Source: Azolla caroliniana
Lineage: Eukaryota > Plantae > Polypodiophyta
Reading direction: 5' to 3'
Length of the DNA: 64,000 bases
NCBI GenBank assembly: GCA_043228905.1
Contig: JBHGNT010000008.1
Location: 682,001 to 746,000 of the forward strand
Positions 24,601-37,861 of the stretch are shown here, piece after piece. How positions within the stretch are numbered: position 1 is the first letter of the stretch; every line of letters starts with the position of its first letter. The notes beneath the pieces are model-generated. The model saw only the letters and a program-made list of their open reading frames with translations, was not told where the DNA came from and ran no database searches. The position numbers and the translations under genes were made by a program.

Positions 24601-27384
24601 GCCAATTTTCTGGGTTCTGCTATTGGAATTACAAACTTGTAACTGCATGCACAATTAATCAGCACATAAATTGTGTCACTGCAAGCAAATGGAATCGTTA
24701 GAAACATTACCCTCCAGTGATTGCGCTCGCATGCCTCCCTGCAGCATCATTTTCTTGCACTATATTTAGTAGGGAATGAAGATTTTCATCCTCATATGCA
24801 AAGTAGACAGGATACTGCAAGACAATTAACAACAAAACAACGCTCTCTTTTATGCAGAAGGAAAAATCACTCTCCCTAGGTATTTAAATCATTAGATTTT
24901 TTCTGAAATTCTAGCAATTAGGCCACCCAGGATTTCTTATTTTCATCAACTTCTGCAATTTTTAGAAACCCTCACAAAATGACTCTGAATGCCTAAATGA
25001 AGTGTGTCACATCGTGCATCCATTATAGATCAAATCTATTTCACAAGTTTTTGAAATGAGACAAAAAAAAATTAACAAAGCTACGAATTTCAGATGACAC
25101 TGCAGGGGCACAACACAGATTATGATGAGGATACTAGCATAGGAGCAGCTGTAATGAGGATAGGGGAGTATTATGATAAATGTAAGCCTTCCACATTCCA
25201 ACTTTTGATGATATACTACCTGATTAGGCTCAACGTGTCAATACATGAAGAGCAGCAAAGGTAGAGATACGGGCTTTTTTAAGTTCATATTTTTCATCCA
25301 TGATACACCATGAAATTGATATATCATGCTGTCCTCCCAATATTTGACAACCAAAGAAGTTCAACGTAGTAAAAAATGTATACATGATTCAATAAAGCAT
25401 GGAGATCCCCTCTTAGGATGTTTAGAGCATTATTAGATTGAATACTGAAATGGTATGGGAGAGGCCAATGCAGCCTCTAAGGATGAACATGTCTTCCTAT
25501 AAAGACTATCTGGCTATAGATGGCTTCCTAACACGATCAAGATACAAAGAGTAAATATAAAATTTAGTGTGCAGAACTTCCTGCAAAAATATCCATGTCC
25601 CTTACCTCTAATGCTCTAATGCTCTTGTGCTCTACCCATAGAGTGGATTCAGTTTCAAGAATGGATGTATACAAGTTTACAACTTAGCCAATTGGTGATT
25701 AGAAATGATATATAATAATTTCTCAGTAAAGTAGATTATCTGAAAAAGTATGTGCAACCATATTAGCAATTCGTCAAATATGGCTGTCTTGAACACAAGA
25801 GCTAAGATTTACACAAGCATATCTCTGGCATATATGCAGTGCTCAGAAACTAATTTATAACGATCATTTGCCTTTTTGTGTTAAGTACTATGAGTACAAC
25901 GCCAACATTTCTGCTTTGAAGAATCATATTTATGTCCAGAGAATAGTTCGAACATAAATGAAATAAAAAACAATACAATACAATTAAGCATATGCAAACT
26001 ACCTGGGAGACAAACGGAATTCATAATATCGGTCATAATATGGCTTTGAAATTAGAGAGAGAAAGTATGTTCAGCTTGAGAATGATAAGCATGAAAGTAA
26101 TATGATTGGTAACCTATAAAGAGTTGCTATGTAGTTACATACAGTGTGCAAGTAAAGACTGGCAAATTATCGTATTCAAAATGGTTTTTGATTCATTTTC
26201 CCACTCACAGTGCAGCTGGATATAATGAACCACCATATAAGATTTTGCATCACATGAACACTAAAATGAAAAGTATCTTCATCCCCAAATTTCATAATCA
26301 GTAAACTTAAGTTAATAAAGTGCAATGGCAAGCTTAAGAGAGAAAATAATTACAGGCACATTGCTGTGTATGAGTGATTGTTCAATCTCTGCGATTTTAC
26401 TAAATTCATCTGCATCCACGTCTTCAGGATCACCATTTTCCTTTACACTACCTTGATTGCTGAGTTTTGAAGGCAGAAGTAATATTAAACCACCTAAGAG
26501 CCGTTTGGTTTGCAACAGATCTGTAAATAAAATATAAAACTATATCAAAAAAATTTAAATCAGCATAACCTTATTCCAATAAATGAATTGTGCATCCTAC
26601 TTTTCTATCTTCAACATTTTGATTATGAAGTCGGTTTATCTTACACTGTGATAGATCCAAGATGCATACATTTTGATATCTTAGTACTTAATGCTTATAC
26701 TGCAATAGATGGATTGCACATGAATTGTAATAGCTAACCATTATACTCTAATAGGTCAGCTATGCATACTTCTTCCTTGTGATCTAATAGATAAACTAGG
26801 CATACATTTCCCCTATACTCTAATAGATCAACTATGGCATACATTTTCATTTCTTAAAATGCTCATCCCTACATTCCAACAGATCAACTAGGCATATACA
26901 TTTTGATCTTTTGACAGTTAAGTCCTATAGCCTATTATAGCAGTTATGCATACATTCCGACTTTCTAAATTCTCCTTTTCAAGTCGAAAATATTTCGGCT
27001 TTGAGAAAATTTTCTAAAATGATACTCTGATAGATAAACTATGCATCCTCCTAGATAGGGTACAGGAAGATCAAAGAAAGTAAAGAGCGAAAAAATACCT
27101 TTGAATATAGACACATTGGCTGTGGCAAGTGGAAGGATGAGAACCGAACGAGAGAGATCGGCATCTTTGTTGTGATAAGAAATAAAAGAGCTCACATGGT
27201 GGTTCAAAGAAGCTCTGCGAGATCCGAAAGGGATTCCATTGAGATCATACTGAATCATCCGATAAACATCAACCACTGCAACCGCATCGCAAACTTCTAC
27301 GTAAGTAACAAAAGCGAGGAAGCATAGAAGGAGGAGAAGAAGCGCGTGAGTGGAGTCCGCCATGAGAGCTCGCATAAACGCCAT
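21627..27384 (-). CDS. NCLN: Nicalin (nicastrin-like, BOS/ER translocon component), 14 coding exons, 565 aa
   Basis: Exons (minus): 27384-27099, 26520-26354, 24814-24711, 24642-24576, 24423-24331, 24254-24090, 23638-23498, 23414-23337, 23255-23143, 23048-22988, 22905-22738, 22583-22482, 21895-21806, 21689-21627, totalling 1698 nt in frame. Signal peptide, motifs VVDVYRMIQYD, GSDSNGSGVVALLELARLFS, TSGGPYNYNG, VAWEHEQFS, and a C-terminal TM with a ...RRPPTKKFKAS tail. Confidence 0.95.
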
Positions 27385-28992
27385 AGCTTTTCTCAGTCTC
27401 TGTCGGGGTCACTGTGAAGAAGGCGGAGACAATAACTTTCTGGTTTATTAATAGTCGTAAATTTCTGATTCCTTGATTTACAGAAATTACCATAATACCC
27501 CTCCAATGACTCCCAAGTTCCCATTGTACTTTTCAAATTTCCCAAAATGCCCCCCACCCAACACACCCTCCAAAAAAAACCCTCTTTGTTTCAACCATGT
27601 TTATTTGGATGTCTGCCTTTGCCTTTGCCTATCATCATGAATAACCAGAAAAATGGACGCGAAAAATTTTGAGCTACAAATGTATCAAATACGTATATAC
27701 TATCCATGTCCGGGGAAGTTTCACCAACATTTCGCTCGTTTGCTCGTGAAATTCTCAGAATACCTTTTCCCTTGTTCTTTGCGATTCCCACCAGCCCTGA
27801 ATTTCTCTTGCTTTTGTTGTTGTGCATATATCTTTGTCTTGCTCTCTACTTGTGTCATTTGAAGAAAAAGAAGAACACCACAACAAACGAAAGGATTTGC
27901 AAATAGTTATTTGAGAGAGGGTGTAGTATGCTCCTCCATGGGCTCCCATGGTGAATGGGATCCAATGTCCATCATTTATCATTATCCTTCACCTATAATA
28001 AACACCTTTTTGGGAAATAAAGTACAATTTTTTAGGTTCTTTTTATCCACTAATGTAGAAGGGAAAATATGACTCTTATGGCATTGAATTTAGTGATCTT
28101 GATCCCATTCTATTCCATTGTATATATTGTGGGAATTTCATCAAAATTTGCTTGTATGCTATGAACAAGATGACACCAAACAACATATATATCCATTTGC
28201 ATATCAATGGAAGAATTGCGTTAAGGCCTATTGGTTTAAATGTCTCATCTTTGTGATAGTTTGTCCTTGTTTACTTTAAACAACCTTTTCTCGCATAAAG
28301 ATGGATTTTTTAGTCAACCACATGTGTATTGCGATCGAATCCATATTGGTGGGTGATCTGAAAGTCGAGGATGTGTGATGATGGAAATTTTAGTCAACCA
28401 CATTGGTATATATTTGCTTCCATAAGTCAACCATAGACAATGTTTCATGCATCATATTTCACATAAAATAAATCTTCAGCTACTGTCTCCAAATTTTAGA
28501 GTGTTATTGAAATCTCCACATACATGCATTCTAAACCCATGGACAATTAGCGATTTGTTGCCATGTGTCAACTCTTAAATTTGAAGTATTTGATGCATAA
28601 AAAACACTGAACTCATAGATTTCTCCATCCATGGTATGAAGGATGAACATCCACCTACCATGAATTTCAATGCAAGCCAACATAAGATCAAACTATTGCT
28701 TGATTCAAATTAACAAACCAAAAGAAATCTCCTTAGCCACATAAAATACATTGTAGTTGACAAAGTATGTATCCCCTCCACTCAACAACTTCTAATGGCT
28801 TATACTCATTCTTCAATATAGATATTATTTATTTTGTTAATTTGGACACAATAGCAAAGTAGTTTCCATTTTAGAAACACAAGCAAAGTTTGTTTACATT
28901 ATGATGGCTTGTTTTTATTCTTAGCAAGATGTATAATTGCAATCACCATAGCATAGACATTTGGCTCTACGTGAACAACCACAGTGAACCAC

Positions 28993-29186
28993 TACATTAT
29001 AGTATGTGGCATGCACATGCAAACCTTGCACGTTGTAAATTTAGCTCGGTTCACCCAAGTCAATTATTCAACTACCAAAAAGCAACTATAGTGAGCTACT
29101 ACATTATAGTATGCGGCACGCACATGCAAACCTAGCATGTTGTAAATTTAGTTCGGTTCACCCAAGTCAATTATTCAACTACCAAA
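28993..29186. repeat. Tandem duplication, period about 107 bp
   Basis: ACATTATAGTATG...CAAGTCAATTATTCAACTACCAAA occurs at about 28994 and 29101. Confidence 0.85.
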
Positions 29187-30024
29187 TAGCGGGATTAACA
29201 ATGTTCCATAATACATGAAGCCTAATTATGTTACATGTTATTTGTTATTGTGCAAATGTAGATTGGTTCCACGTTGTGCAGGGGTGCAACATTAGCAAGG
29301 AAGCTTTTCTATATTATGAGTATTCGTGAAGGACACATTTTTGTTCACTCGGCTCACCCTCTTCTGAATAAGTATATAATATCAGGTAGAAATATTTACT
29401 CTCTCATCACAAGAACATGCCAATACATTTTGGGTAGCCTTTTCATCAGATAATTTTTATTTTCAGTGAGTTCGTATGCATCAAAGCTTTTATTTAGTAG
29501 GCTTATAGAACCTTAAATAACTTGGATAAAGGAGACATCTATAGAACCTTTTTGGCAAAGGTGAGTTTTCCAATCAATGTTTTGGCAAAACCTTAAATAA
29601 TTTGGATAAAGGAGATAATTTGGGCCAAACACAAGTTATTCTAGAATGCTAATGTTGTGTAGAGAAGAAGACTAAGTATTAAATTTGATAACCACTTTGA
29701 GGAGGAAAGACAAGGTAACCAAGAATAATGTATAAATAGTGACAAACATGACTTATGGGATCTATCAAAATGTTACAAACTGCCTTCTTTATAGATTGGG
29801 GATTATTTTAGAATGATAATGAAGTCGATTCCGAATCTCTGTGTCTGAATCTTCCTTGAGAGTTCTGTTCTGTTGTCTAATACATAGATGATGGAGAAAA
29901 ATGCAGTGGGTTTCTTTCTCATTATCCGCAGATACTCTTCAAAATGTACAAAAGACCCCACGATGACGATGATCGGTTGCAGGAAGACACACCATTGTAA
30001 TTTTCGTGAAAGAACAAGATAACG

Positions 30025-32001
30025 ATGCTGCCTCAGCCTTCATCCAGGAACCTAGTGTACAACATGCAGAACAGTTCAAGAGACAAAAACAGAGCTTCTG
30101 CTCTGCGACTGCGTGATTTCCTACATGAAAATGGATTCTTAAATGCCAATAGGTCATTGATTGCTGATTGTCTCGTGTCGATGTTTTGTGAAATTGGAAG
30201 CATTCCTGATGCACAAACAAGCTTTGATATGTTAGATTCCAAGAGCAAATCAGCATGGAGCTCCCTCATTATTGGATACCTCCAATGTGGCCACATCTCA
30301 GAATCATTCACCCTGCTTGAAAAGATGAAAGAAAAGTCACTCCATCCCAGTGCACACACATTCGTCGCATTATTGAAGGCTTGCAGTACGTTGAAAGATC
30401 TTCAGCAGACCATTCAACTTCATGCTCACCTCTCAGCTAAGGAATTAGATAGGAACCTCTTCATTGCCAGCGCTTTAGTCGATACATATGCCAAATGTGG
30501 TGCACTTGCAAAAGCACAAGAAGTCTTTGACAACCTTCCACACCGAGATGTTGTTGTGTGGACTGCATTGATTGCAGCTTATGTAGAACAAAAACGTGGG
30601 CAGGAAGCGTTGGATCATTTCAAGGAGATGCAATGCAGGGGTGTCCTTCCAAATGCTGTTACATATGTTTGCAGCTTGAAAGCTTGTGGCATCATCAGGG
30701 CCAAAGATAAAGGCATCAAGATACACGAGGAGATTTCCATGAAAGGTCTCATTGCAAAAGACCTTGTTCTTGCTGGAGCAATAGTTGATATGTATGTTAA
30801 ATGTGGTATGCTAAAAAAAGCACGGGAAGTGTTTAATGGCCTTCCAATTCATGATGGAATTTCATGGAATGTACTAGTCACAGGATATGCACAACATGGC
30901 CATGGTGAGGAAGCGTGGAATTGTTTTCAACAAATGCAGCTTGAAGGTTATGCTCCAGATGTTGTTACATATTCCTCTTGTTTAAAAGCTTGTGGAAGTA
31001 TTAAAGATAGAAGGAAAGGAAAAGAGCTACATGCTGAAATTTTGAGAAAAGGCTTGTTGGAAAGACACACAGTACTTAATAATGCACTCTTGGATATGTA
31101 TGCGAAATGTGGATTGCTAATTAAGGCACAGGAAGTGTTTGACAAAATTCAAGTCCGTAATGTAGTATCATGGACTGCATTGATCGCAGGTTATGTCGAA
31201 CATGACCAAGGTGATGATGCTCTCAACTGTTTCGAACAGATGCAGTCGCAGGGGATCATTCCCAATGCTGTAACCTTTGCTTGCAGCCTCAAAGCCTGTA
31301 GCATGACTGGTTCTGCTGGAAAAGGCATACAAATACATGCTGAGATTGCTAGAATGGGGTTATTGAAAGCTGACCTCATACTCGGGAATACATTGGTAGA
31401 TATGTATGCAAAATGTGGGATGCTAACAAAATCCCAGGAGGTGTTTGATTGTATCCCACAGCATAATGTAGTTTCATGGACTTCACTCATGACAGGATAT
31501 GCTCAGCTTGGAGAGATTGAGAACGTGAACTCTGTCTTTCAGAGAATGAGAGATGAAGGCAGTAAACCAAATCCAGTCACCTTCGTTAGTGTTCTGAATG
31601 CTTGCAGTCATGTGGGCTGGGTAGATAAGGGCCAGACATACTTCGAGGCCATGAGCAAAGCATATGGTATCACACCGACTCTTGAGCACCTTAGTTGTAT
31701 GGTTGATCTTCTTTGTCGTGCAGGACAATTGAATTTGGCAGTAGTAATGTTGAACAAAACACCATTCCATCCAAGTATTGTAATGTGGTTAACAGTGTTG
31801 GCAGGTTGCAGAAAGTGGGGTAATGTAGAGCTTGGGAGACATGCATTTCAGCAGGTAATAAGAATGGACAAAGAAGATGATTCAGCTTACCTTTGTATGT
31901 ACAACATCTTTGTTGATGCAAACATGAATGAGGAAGCACAATGCATTGAGGCAATGAGAGTTAGGAGGAAAGCACACAGAAAAAGAAGGCACTGTGGATA
32001 G
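30025..32001 (+). CDS. PLS-class pentatricopeptide repeat protein with E domains and no DYW (probable organellar RNA-editing factor)
   Basis: Intronless 658 aa ORF with repeated P-L-S triplets (LVDMYAKCG...VVSWTALIAGY...PNAVTF.CSLKAC). Ends with L2/S2 (VLNACSHVG, CMVDLLCRAG) and E1/E2 (WLTVLAGCRKWGNVELG, AYLCMYNIF), then a stop. Confidence 0.95.
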   Translation: MLPQPSSRNLVYNMQNSSRDKNRASALRLRDFLHENGFLNANRSLIADCLVSMFCEIGSIPDAQTSFDMLDSKSKSAWSSLIIGYLQCGHISESFTLLEKMKEKSLHPSAHTFVALLKACSTLKDLQQTIQLHAHLSAKELDRNLFIASALVDTYAKCGALAKAQEVFDNLPHRDVVVWTALIAAYVEQKRGQEALDHFKEMQCRGVLPNAVTYVCSLKACGIIRAKDKGIKIHEEISMKGLIAKDLVLAGAIVDMYVKCGMLKKAREVFNGLPIHDGISWNVLVTGYAQHGHGEEAWNCFQQMQLEGYAPDVVTYSSCLKACGSIKDRRKGKELHAEILRKGLLERHTVLNNALLDMYAKCGLLIKAQEVFDKIQVRNVVSWTALIAGYVEHDQGDDALNCFEQMQSQGIIPNAVTFACSLKACSMTGSAGKGIQIHAEIARMGLLKADLILGNTLVDMYAKCGMLTKSQEVFDCIPQHNVVSWTSLMTGYAQLGEIENVNSVFQRMRDEGSKPNPVTFVSVLNACSHVGWVDKGQTYFEAMSKAYGITPTLEHLSCMVDLLCRAGQLNLAVVMLNKTPFHPSIVMWLTVLAGCRKWGNVELGRHAFQQVIRMDKEDDSAYLCMYNIFVDANMNEEAQCIEAMRVRRKAHRKRRHCG

Positions 32002-32413
32002 AAGAATGCTGCTAAGTTTCAATAATCATTGTCATTGAAAGAATATTACAAAGGGAAACTCATTGGGGATAAAGATATCACTTCTCAGCTGTAGATGTTT
32101 GAAAATCTAGCAATGCTTATTACTTATAACAAAACACAACAACAACAACAACAACAATTGGTATCTGAACATCAGATTCATTACAATATGAATAGATTTA
32201 GTCTCTTTAGAATGATTCTCTTCTACCTCCTATTATCTGCAACAATATCACAATGATTGCAAATTGTCCTTAGCGCAGGGAAACATGGTTTATTTGTTAT
32301 AATTTCTAAAATAGAATTTCCCCCTCTGCCTTCTTCCCTCTTGTGTTCCCAATTTCTGACAAAATCATGAAATATAAGAAAAATCCCAACAGGCAAGGTT
32401 ATGAAACGTTGAA

Positions 32414-33723
32414 ATGACCACTTTGCGAGTGCTATTTGCTATAGTGGCTGCACTTGATTTGGAATTAGACCAAATGGATGTACATACAACTTTTTTGCGT
32501 GGTGACATTGATGAAGAGCTTTACATGAAACAGCCCGAGGGCTTTGTTATTCCTGGAAAGGAACATTTGGTATGTAAGCTTAATAGAAGCTTGTATGGGC
32601 TGAAACAAGCTTCTAGACAATGGTAAAAAAAAGTTTGATGCTTTTATGCTCAAATATGGGTACAAAAGAAGCCATGCCGATCGATCACTGTTTGTATACT
32701 AAAAGAGATGAAATTGGCAACCCAATCATTCTTGTACTATATGTAGATGATATGCCCATTGCTACCAAGAAAAGCAGCTGAAATTTGTTGATGTCCTTAA
32801 AAAGTAGCTAAAATCTGCATTTTCAATGAAAGACCTTGGGGAAGCTGAACATGTACTTGGAGTAAGAATTAGGAGAGAAAGGGAGCAGCACACATTGTAT
32901 TTAGCTCAAGAAAAATACATTGACAAGGTGCTGGACAGATTTTGTATGGCTGACACAAAGCCGCTTAGAGTGCCATTACAGCCATATGATAAAATCTCTA
33001 AGACTCAAGAAGCAATCAATGACATGCAAGGTGTACCTTATGCTTTAGCTTGTGGTTCACTTATGTATGCTAAGGTTGCTACTAGAGCTGATATTGCCTA
33101 TGCGGTGGGAGTTGTAAGCCGATTCATGGTTAATCCGGGCAATGCACATTGGAATGCAATAAAGCCCATTATGAGGTACTTAAAAGGGACTAAAAATAAA
33201 TGCCTCTGTTATGGAAAAGACCCATTAGAGCTGAAGGGTTTCTGTGACTCTGACATGGCAAGTGATGTGGATACACGGAAATCCACAAGTGGCTATGTAT
33301 TCACACATGTAGGTGGTGCAATATTATGGTGTGGTAGGCTGCAAAAGGTTATTGCTTTGTCCACTACCGAGGCAGAATATATCTCAACCACCTAGGCTTC
33401 CAAGGAAGCAATATGGTTAGAGCTTAGCACGTCTATACAGTGAGTTTGGTTTGCCTGAAAGGCACCCGTTCTTGGTTGTGATAGCCAAAGTGCCATCAGT
33501 TTGGCAAAGAATGCTATGTTTCACGCACAAAACATATTGATGTGCCATATCAGTTCATTCGAGAAGTGCTTGAGGATGGCCTTATCACGTTCATAAAGGT
33601 CCACACATCAACAACCCTATGGATGTATTGACCAAGTGCTTACTTGAAGCACAACATCAAATATGTATATAAATGGTGGGAGTCACGTAGCTTAAAGGCG
33701 TCATTTATGCCTTCAAGTGGGAG
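32414..33723 (+). mobile_element. Degenerate Ty1/copia RT-RNaseH fragment
   Basis: QMDVHTTFL, SLYGLKQASRQW, LYVDD, MKDLGEA, FCDSDMA, STSGY, ALSTTEAEY. PPT-like AAGTGGGAG at about 33715-33723, with no LTR following. Confidence 0.9.
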
Positions 33724-34349
33724 GTCTCGTACCTAAATGGCCCCCTTATAGTGTGCACGTGTGTATAGGCCTATTTATAAAGGCCAAAAGTCACTTATCA
33801 CTTTTTCGTTATTTTTGGGCCAAGTTCAGTGTGAACTTGGCCTACCCTAAATGGGTCATGTTGTAGGTTTTAGGGTTAGGGTTAATAATAATGATAATGA
33901 TGATGATTGATGATGAAGATAGACATGGTGTAATAGTGATGATGATGAATGGTATGATGGTGAGAGAGATCATGAAGACGTTGACAAGCATCGAGGGGTG
34001 GGGGTGGAGCCATTCTAGGCACGACCCCCTCCCAAGGGGTTCAACGTAAAGGACAAGGAAGAGAGAGAGAAAGAGAGATGACAAGAGAGAGAGGGAGAGA
34101 TTGAGAGAGAAATGTTCATTCTTCATTCATTCCCCATAAGGGGTTAAATAGTTGCAAATGGGTAGATACACAGAGGTGCAAGCCCCCTTGTCCATTCACA
34201 CTAATCACTCACTCACACCTCTTCGTATATGTCCACATGCACACACGTGTGCATGTGTTCACATACGTATTGATTCACACTCACAATTACACTTACACAT
34301 TTACACTTACACATCAACAACATTATAGCATTCCACCCTTGCTCATCAT

Positions 34350-37334
34350 ACTTGACTCTTTGTACCTCTCGTACGATAACAACGATGTCTCATCAAGAAT
34401 AGTTCTGAGACCTTCGAGAGCCGGATCGACCCGGCTATGTCGAAACCGGAGACAACACTACTTATTCGATTCGGCACATCGGCATTGTTCCATTTGGCAA
34501 AGAAGGTAACCAAACTTACATTGAGAATGTCTTGTGTGTACCGACCATCACGAAGAATTTGGTTTTAGTTGGCCAAATAGTGGAGCAAGGCATGCAAGCT
34601 CGATTTTACCAAGGTGGTTGTTTCATCGAAAAAGAGGGTCGACTCATCGCTTGCAATCGAAGGGAAGGTCGAATGTTCATTCTCGATTTGCATGAGAATT
34701 GGCCATGTTTGCAAAAGGCACCAAAGCCGACATAGACATATAGTTGTGGCACAAGAGGATTGGCCACATCAATCTCAATAAACTCAAGGCAATGCAATCT
34801 AAAGGAGTCGTCATCGGGCTCCCGATCTTCAAAGAGAAGGAGATTGAAGGCGTATGTGCAGCCTTCCAATTCAGCAAGCAACACTGGCACCCGTTCCTAA
34901 AAGAGAGGAACGTGGGCAAAGGCGTACTCAATGTAATTCATTCCGATGTACGGGGACCGGCCCAAATGAATACATTTGACGGATGCCGATACTACGTGGC
35001 CATTATCGACGACTTCTCCAGGCACACCTGGATCTACCCCATGCGACAAAAGAGAAATTCAAAAGAGAAGTCGAAATTCAAAAGAGAAGTCGAAAAGAGA
35101 ACCGGTCGTCATGTATGATGTCTTCGGTTGAATGGAGGAAAAGAGTACTTCTCCAATGAATTTTCGGCTTTTCTTTAGAAAGAAGGAATTCGGCGAGAGT
35201 TTTCGTGTCGACGAACATTGCAATAGAACGGAGTAGCCGAACGCAAAAATCGACACATCCTCGAAGTAGGACATGCCATGATGAATGAAAAGAATATGCC
35301 AAAGTCATATTGGGCCGAAGCAGCAAAATACTGTCATCTACCTCATGAACTGGTGCACAACATTCGGTGTGCACGAGGTTACCCCGCACAAAAAGCACTA
35401 TGGGAAGAAGCCGGATCTATCCCATGTAAGGATATTTAGTTCACTTGCATATGTGCACATTCCCGACGAAAAGCGACACAAGCTCGACCCTAAGTTGGAG
35501 AAGTGTATCCTCGTAGGATACTACTCACTGGAGCAAAAGCGGTACAAGTGCTATAACCCCTCTACTCGGAAGGTTCATGTAAGTTGAGACGTTGTCTTTG
35601 ACGAATTGACATCATGGTATGAACCCGAACCGACTCCTTCCGAACCATTTACGAACACAGAAGAAAGCCGATTATGACAAGGCTTAGTGGGCCACAAGAG
35701 CCCCCGAGCGACCAAAGCACATCTCCGCCTAGTCTGAAGATGGACAAAGGGAAGGCGAAAATGCCGGAATATGAAGACTATCAATTTCACAACAACGAAT
35801 CGACTCACTCCCTCGACATTGAGCGCGGTGGCTTCGATGTACCTATCATGAGGACACTTTGTGTAAAGAAAGCCATTGCCACTGCAAACAAAAAACTTTG
35901 TTGGTCCACCCATGAGAAGAATCCTGTTAGCCGATTCGGTTATAACGACGATATGGCATACCACTATGCCTTTATGATAAAGGTGGCGATAGTTCGTGAA
36001 CCGGAAAACTTTTCCAAAGTAGCGGAGGATCCACGGTGGGTCGAAGCAATGAACGAGGAGATGCATATACTATGCAAAAACAAGACATGGGATCTCGTCC
36101 CCCAGTCACCGCAAAAGAAGGCAATCGGCTGCAAATGGACTACAAAGTGAAGTATAATGTCGACGGTTCCATCAACCACTACAAAGCTCGACTTGTAGCG
36201 AAAGGATACGCACAAACACATTGAGTCGACTATGAAGAGACCTTTGCCCTGGTGGCCAAGATGACAACTGTGCGAATCGTGATTGCACTTGCTGTGGCGA
36301 AAGGGTGGCACCTCCATTAGATGGATGTCAAGAATGCCTTTCTTGAAGGCGAATTAGAAGAGGAGGTGTACATGGTGCAACCACCTAGCGTCAAATCCAA
36401 CATTCATTCGAAAGCCGTTTGCCAACTCAAGAGGCCTCTCTATGGCCTCAAGCAAGCACCACGTGCTTGGCATTCAAAGATAACACAATATTTTCATTGA
36501 ATCGGCTTTCGAATGTCGAAATCCGACAACTCCCTCTACACAAGAAGCGATTCAGGAAGTTTGATTATCATCATTCAGTATGTGGATGATTTGGTCATTG
36601 GAGGTGAACATCTAATCAACATTAACAAGGTCAAATCCCTCCTCTCTAGCAAACTCGAGATGATGGACATGAAGGAGCTCCATTACTTGGCATCGAGGTA
36701 ATTCGGACTCCAATCTTCATTATTATCTCTCAACGACACTACATCCTCAACTTGTTATACAAGTTCAAGATGATTGAGTGCAAATATGTGGCAACCCCTC
36801 TCGATCGAAACCTCAAATTGGATGCCGACTCCGGCACGAAAGAGTGCAAGCCGACTCAATATTGACAACTAATTGGGAGTCTCATCTACCTCACGATCAC
36901 TCGACCCAACCTGAGCGATCCGTGCGGCCTCCTTAGCCAATTCATGCAAACTCCACGTGATATCCGTTTGGATTGTGCTAAGTGAGTATTATGATACGTG
37001 AGTGACACAATGGATTGTGGTATTCTATACGAATCAACCACACCAATTCGACTCGAAGGGTACACAGATTCCGACTGGGCCAGCTATAGAGCCGATCAAC
37101 GATCGACCTCCAGATTTGTTTTCTCCCTTGGCAACAGAGCGATTTCGTGGAGTAGCAAGAAGCAGCCGATTGTTGCACTTTCGAGCATTGTGGCCGAATA
37201 CAGGGGTGCACCTATGGCTACATGTGAAGTCGTTTGGTTGAAGTGAATCTTGAAGGATACGGGCGTTCCCATCGAGGATCTGATTCCCCTCTACTGCGAC
37301 AACATGAGGAATATTTATCTAGCTCGGAACCCGG
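34350..37334 (+). mobile_element. Degenerate Ty1/copia internal region (PR end, IN, RT, RNaseH), cut at ...LARNP by a gypsy LTR
   Basis: WHKRIGH, HSDV, IDDFSR, KLDPK.EKCILVGY, YKARLVAKGYAQ, YVDD, GYTDSDWA. Many stops and frameshifts. Confidence 0.9.
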
Positions 37335-37808
37335 TGTCGTGAAGATTCCCGGCATGACGAAGGAAAAGGGGTCGAGAGCGTGTGAACGAGGTTTCCGATG
37401 CGAGATGGAGGACCGATCGGGCAAAGTGTGGGAATAGGAGTGTGCCAATAGGCACAAAAACAAGGGCCATAGGGCTAAATTGTAAATAGATGTTAAATAC
37501 TTATGTACTAGGTAGGCTAGTTAAAGGGGTACTTTATGTCCCCACACGTAGAAAGAATATTTTAGTATGAGGAAATCTAGGGAAATCCCTGACAGCCGTG
37601 GTTGCCTTTAATCGTGATGTAATGATCTCCCCTTGTCCTATAAAAGGGGAGGTTTGGGGACTGTTTTAGGGATCGATGTATGGGGAGGAGAAGGTGTTGT
37701 TGGTTAGAGCTCAGATCTCTCTCTCTCTCTCTGTGTGCTCTATGCTGAATGAGTGACGTCTTTGCTCGCTCAGGAAGCCCGTGCACTCTCGACCAGAGGG
37801 TCATCTTC

Positions 37809-37861
<53 letters not shown>

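Noticed and set aside
32150-32172. TGGTATCTGAAC PBS-like site after (CAA)n downstream of the PPR gene
   Set aside because: Two mismatches to the tRNA-iMet PBS and no identifiable paired LTR or gag.
33868-33885. Telomere-like TTTAGGGTTAGGG
   Set aside because: Only two units, so at most a telo-box or LTR motif and not an interstitial telomere array.
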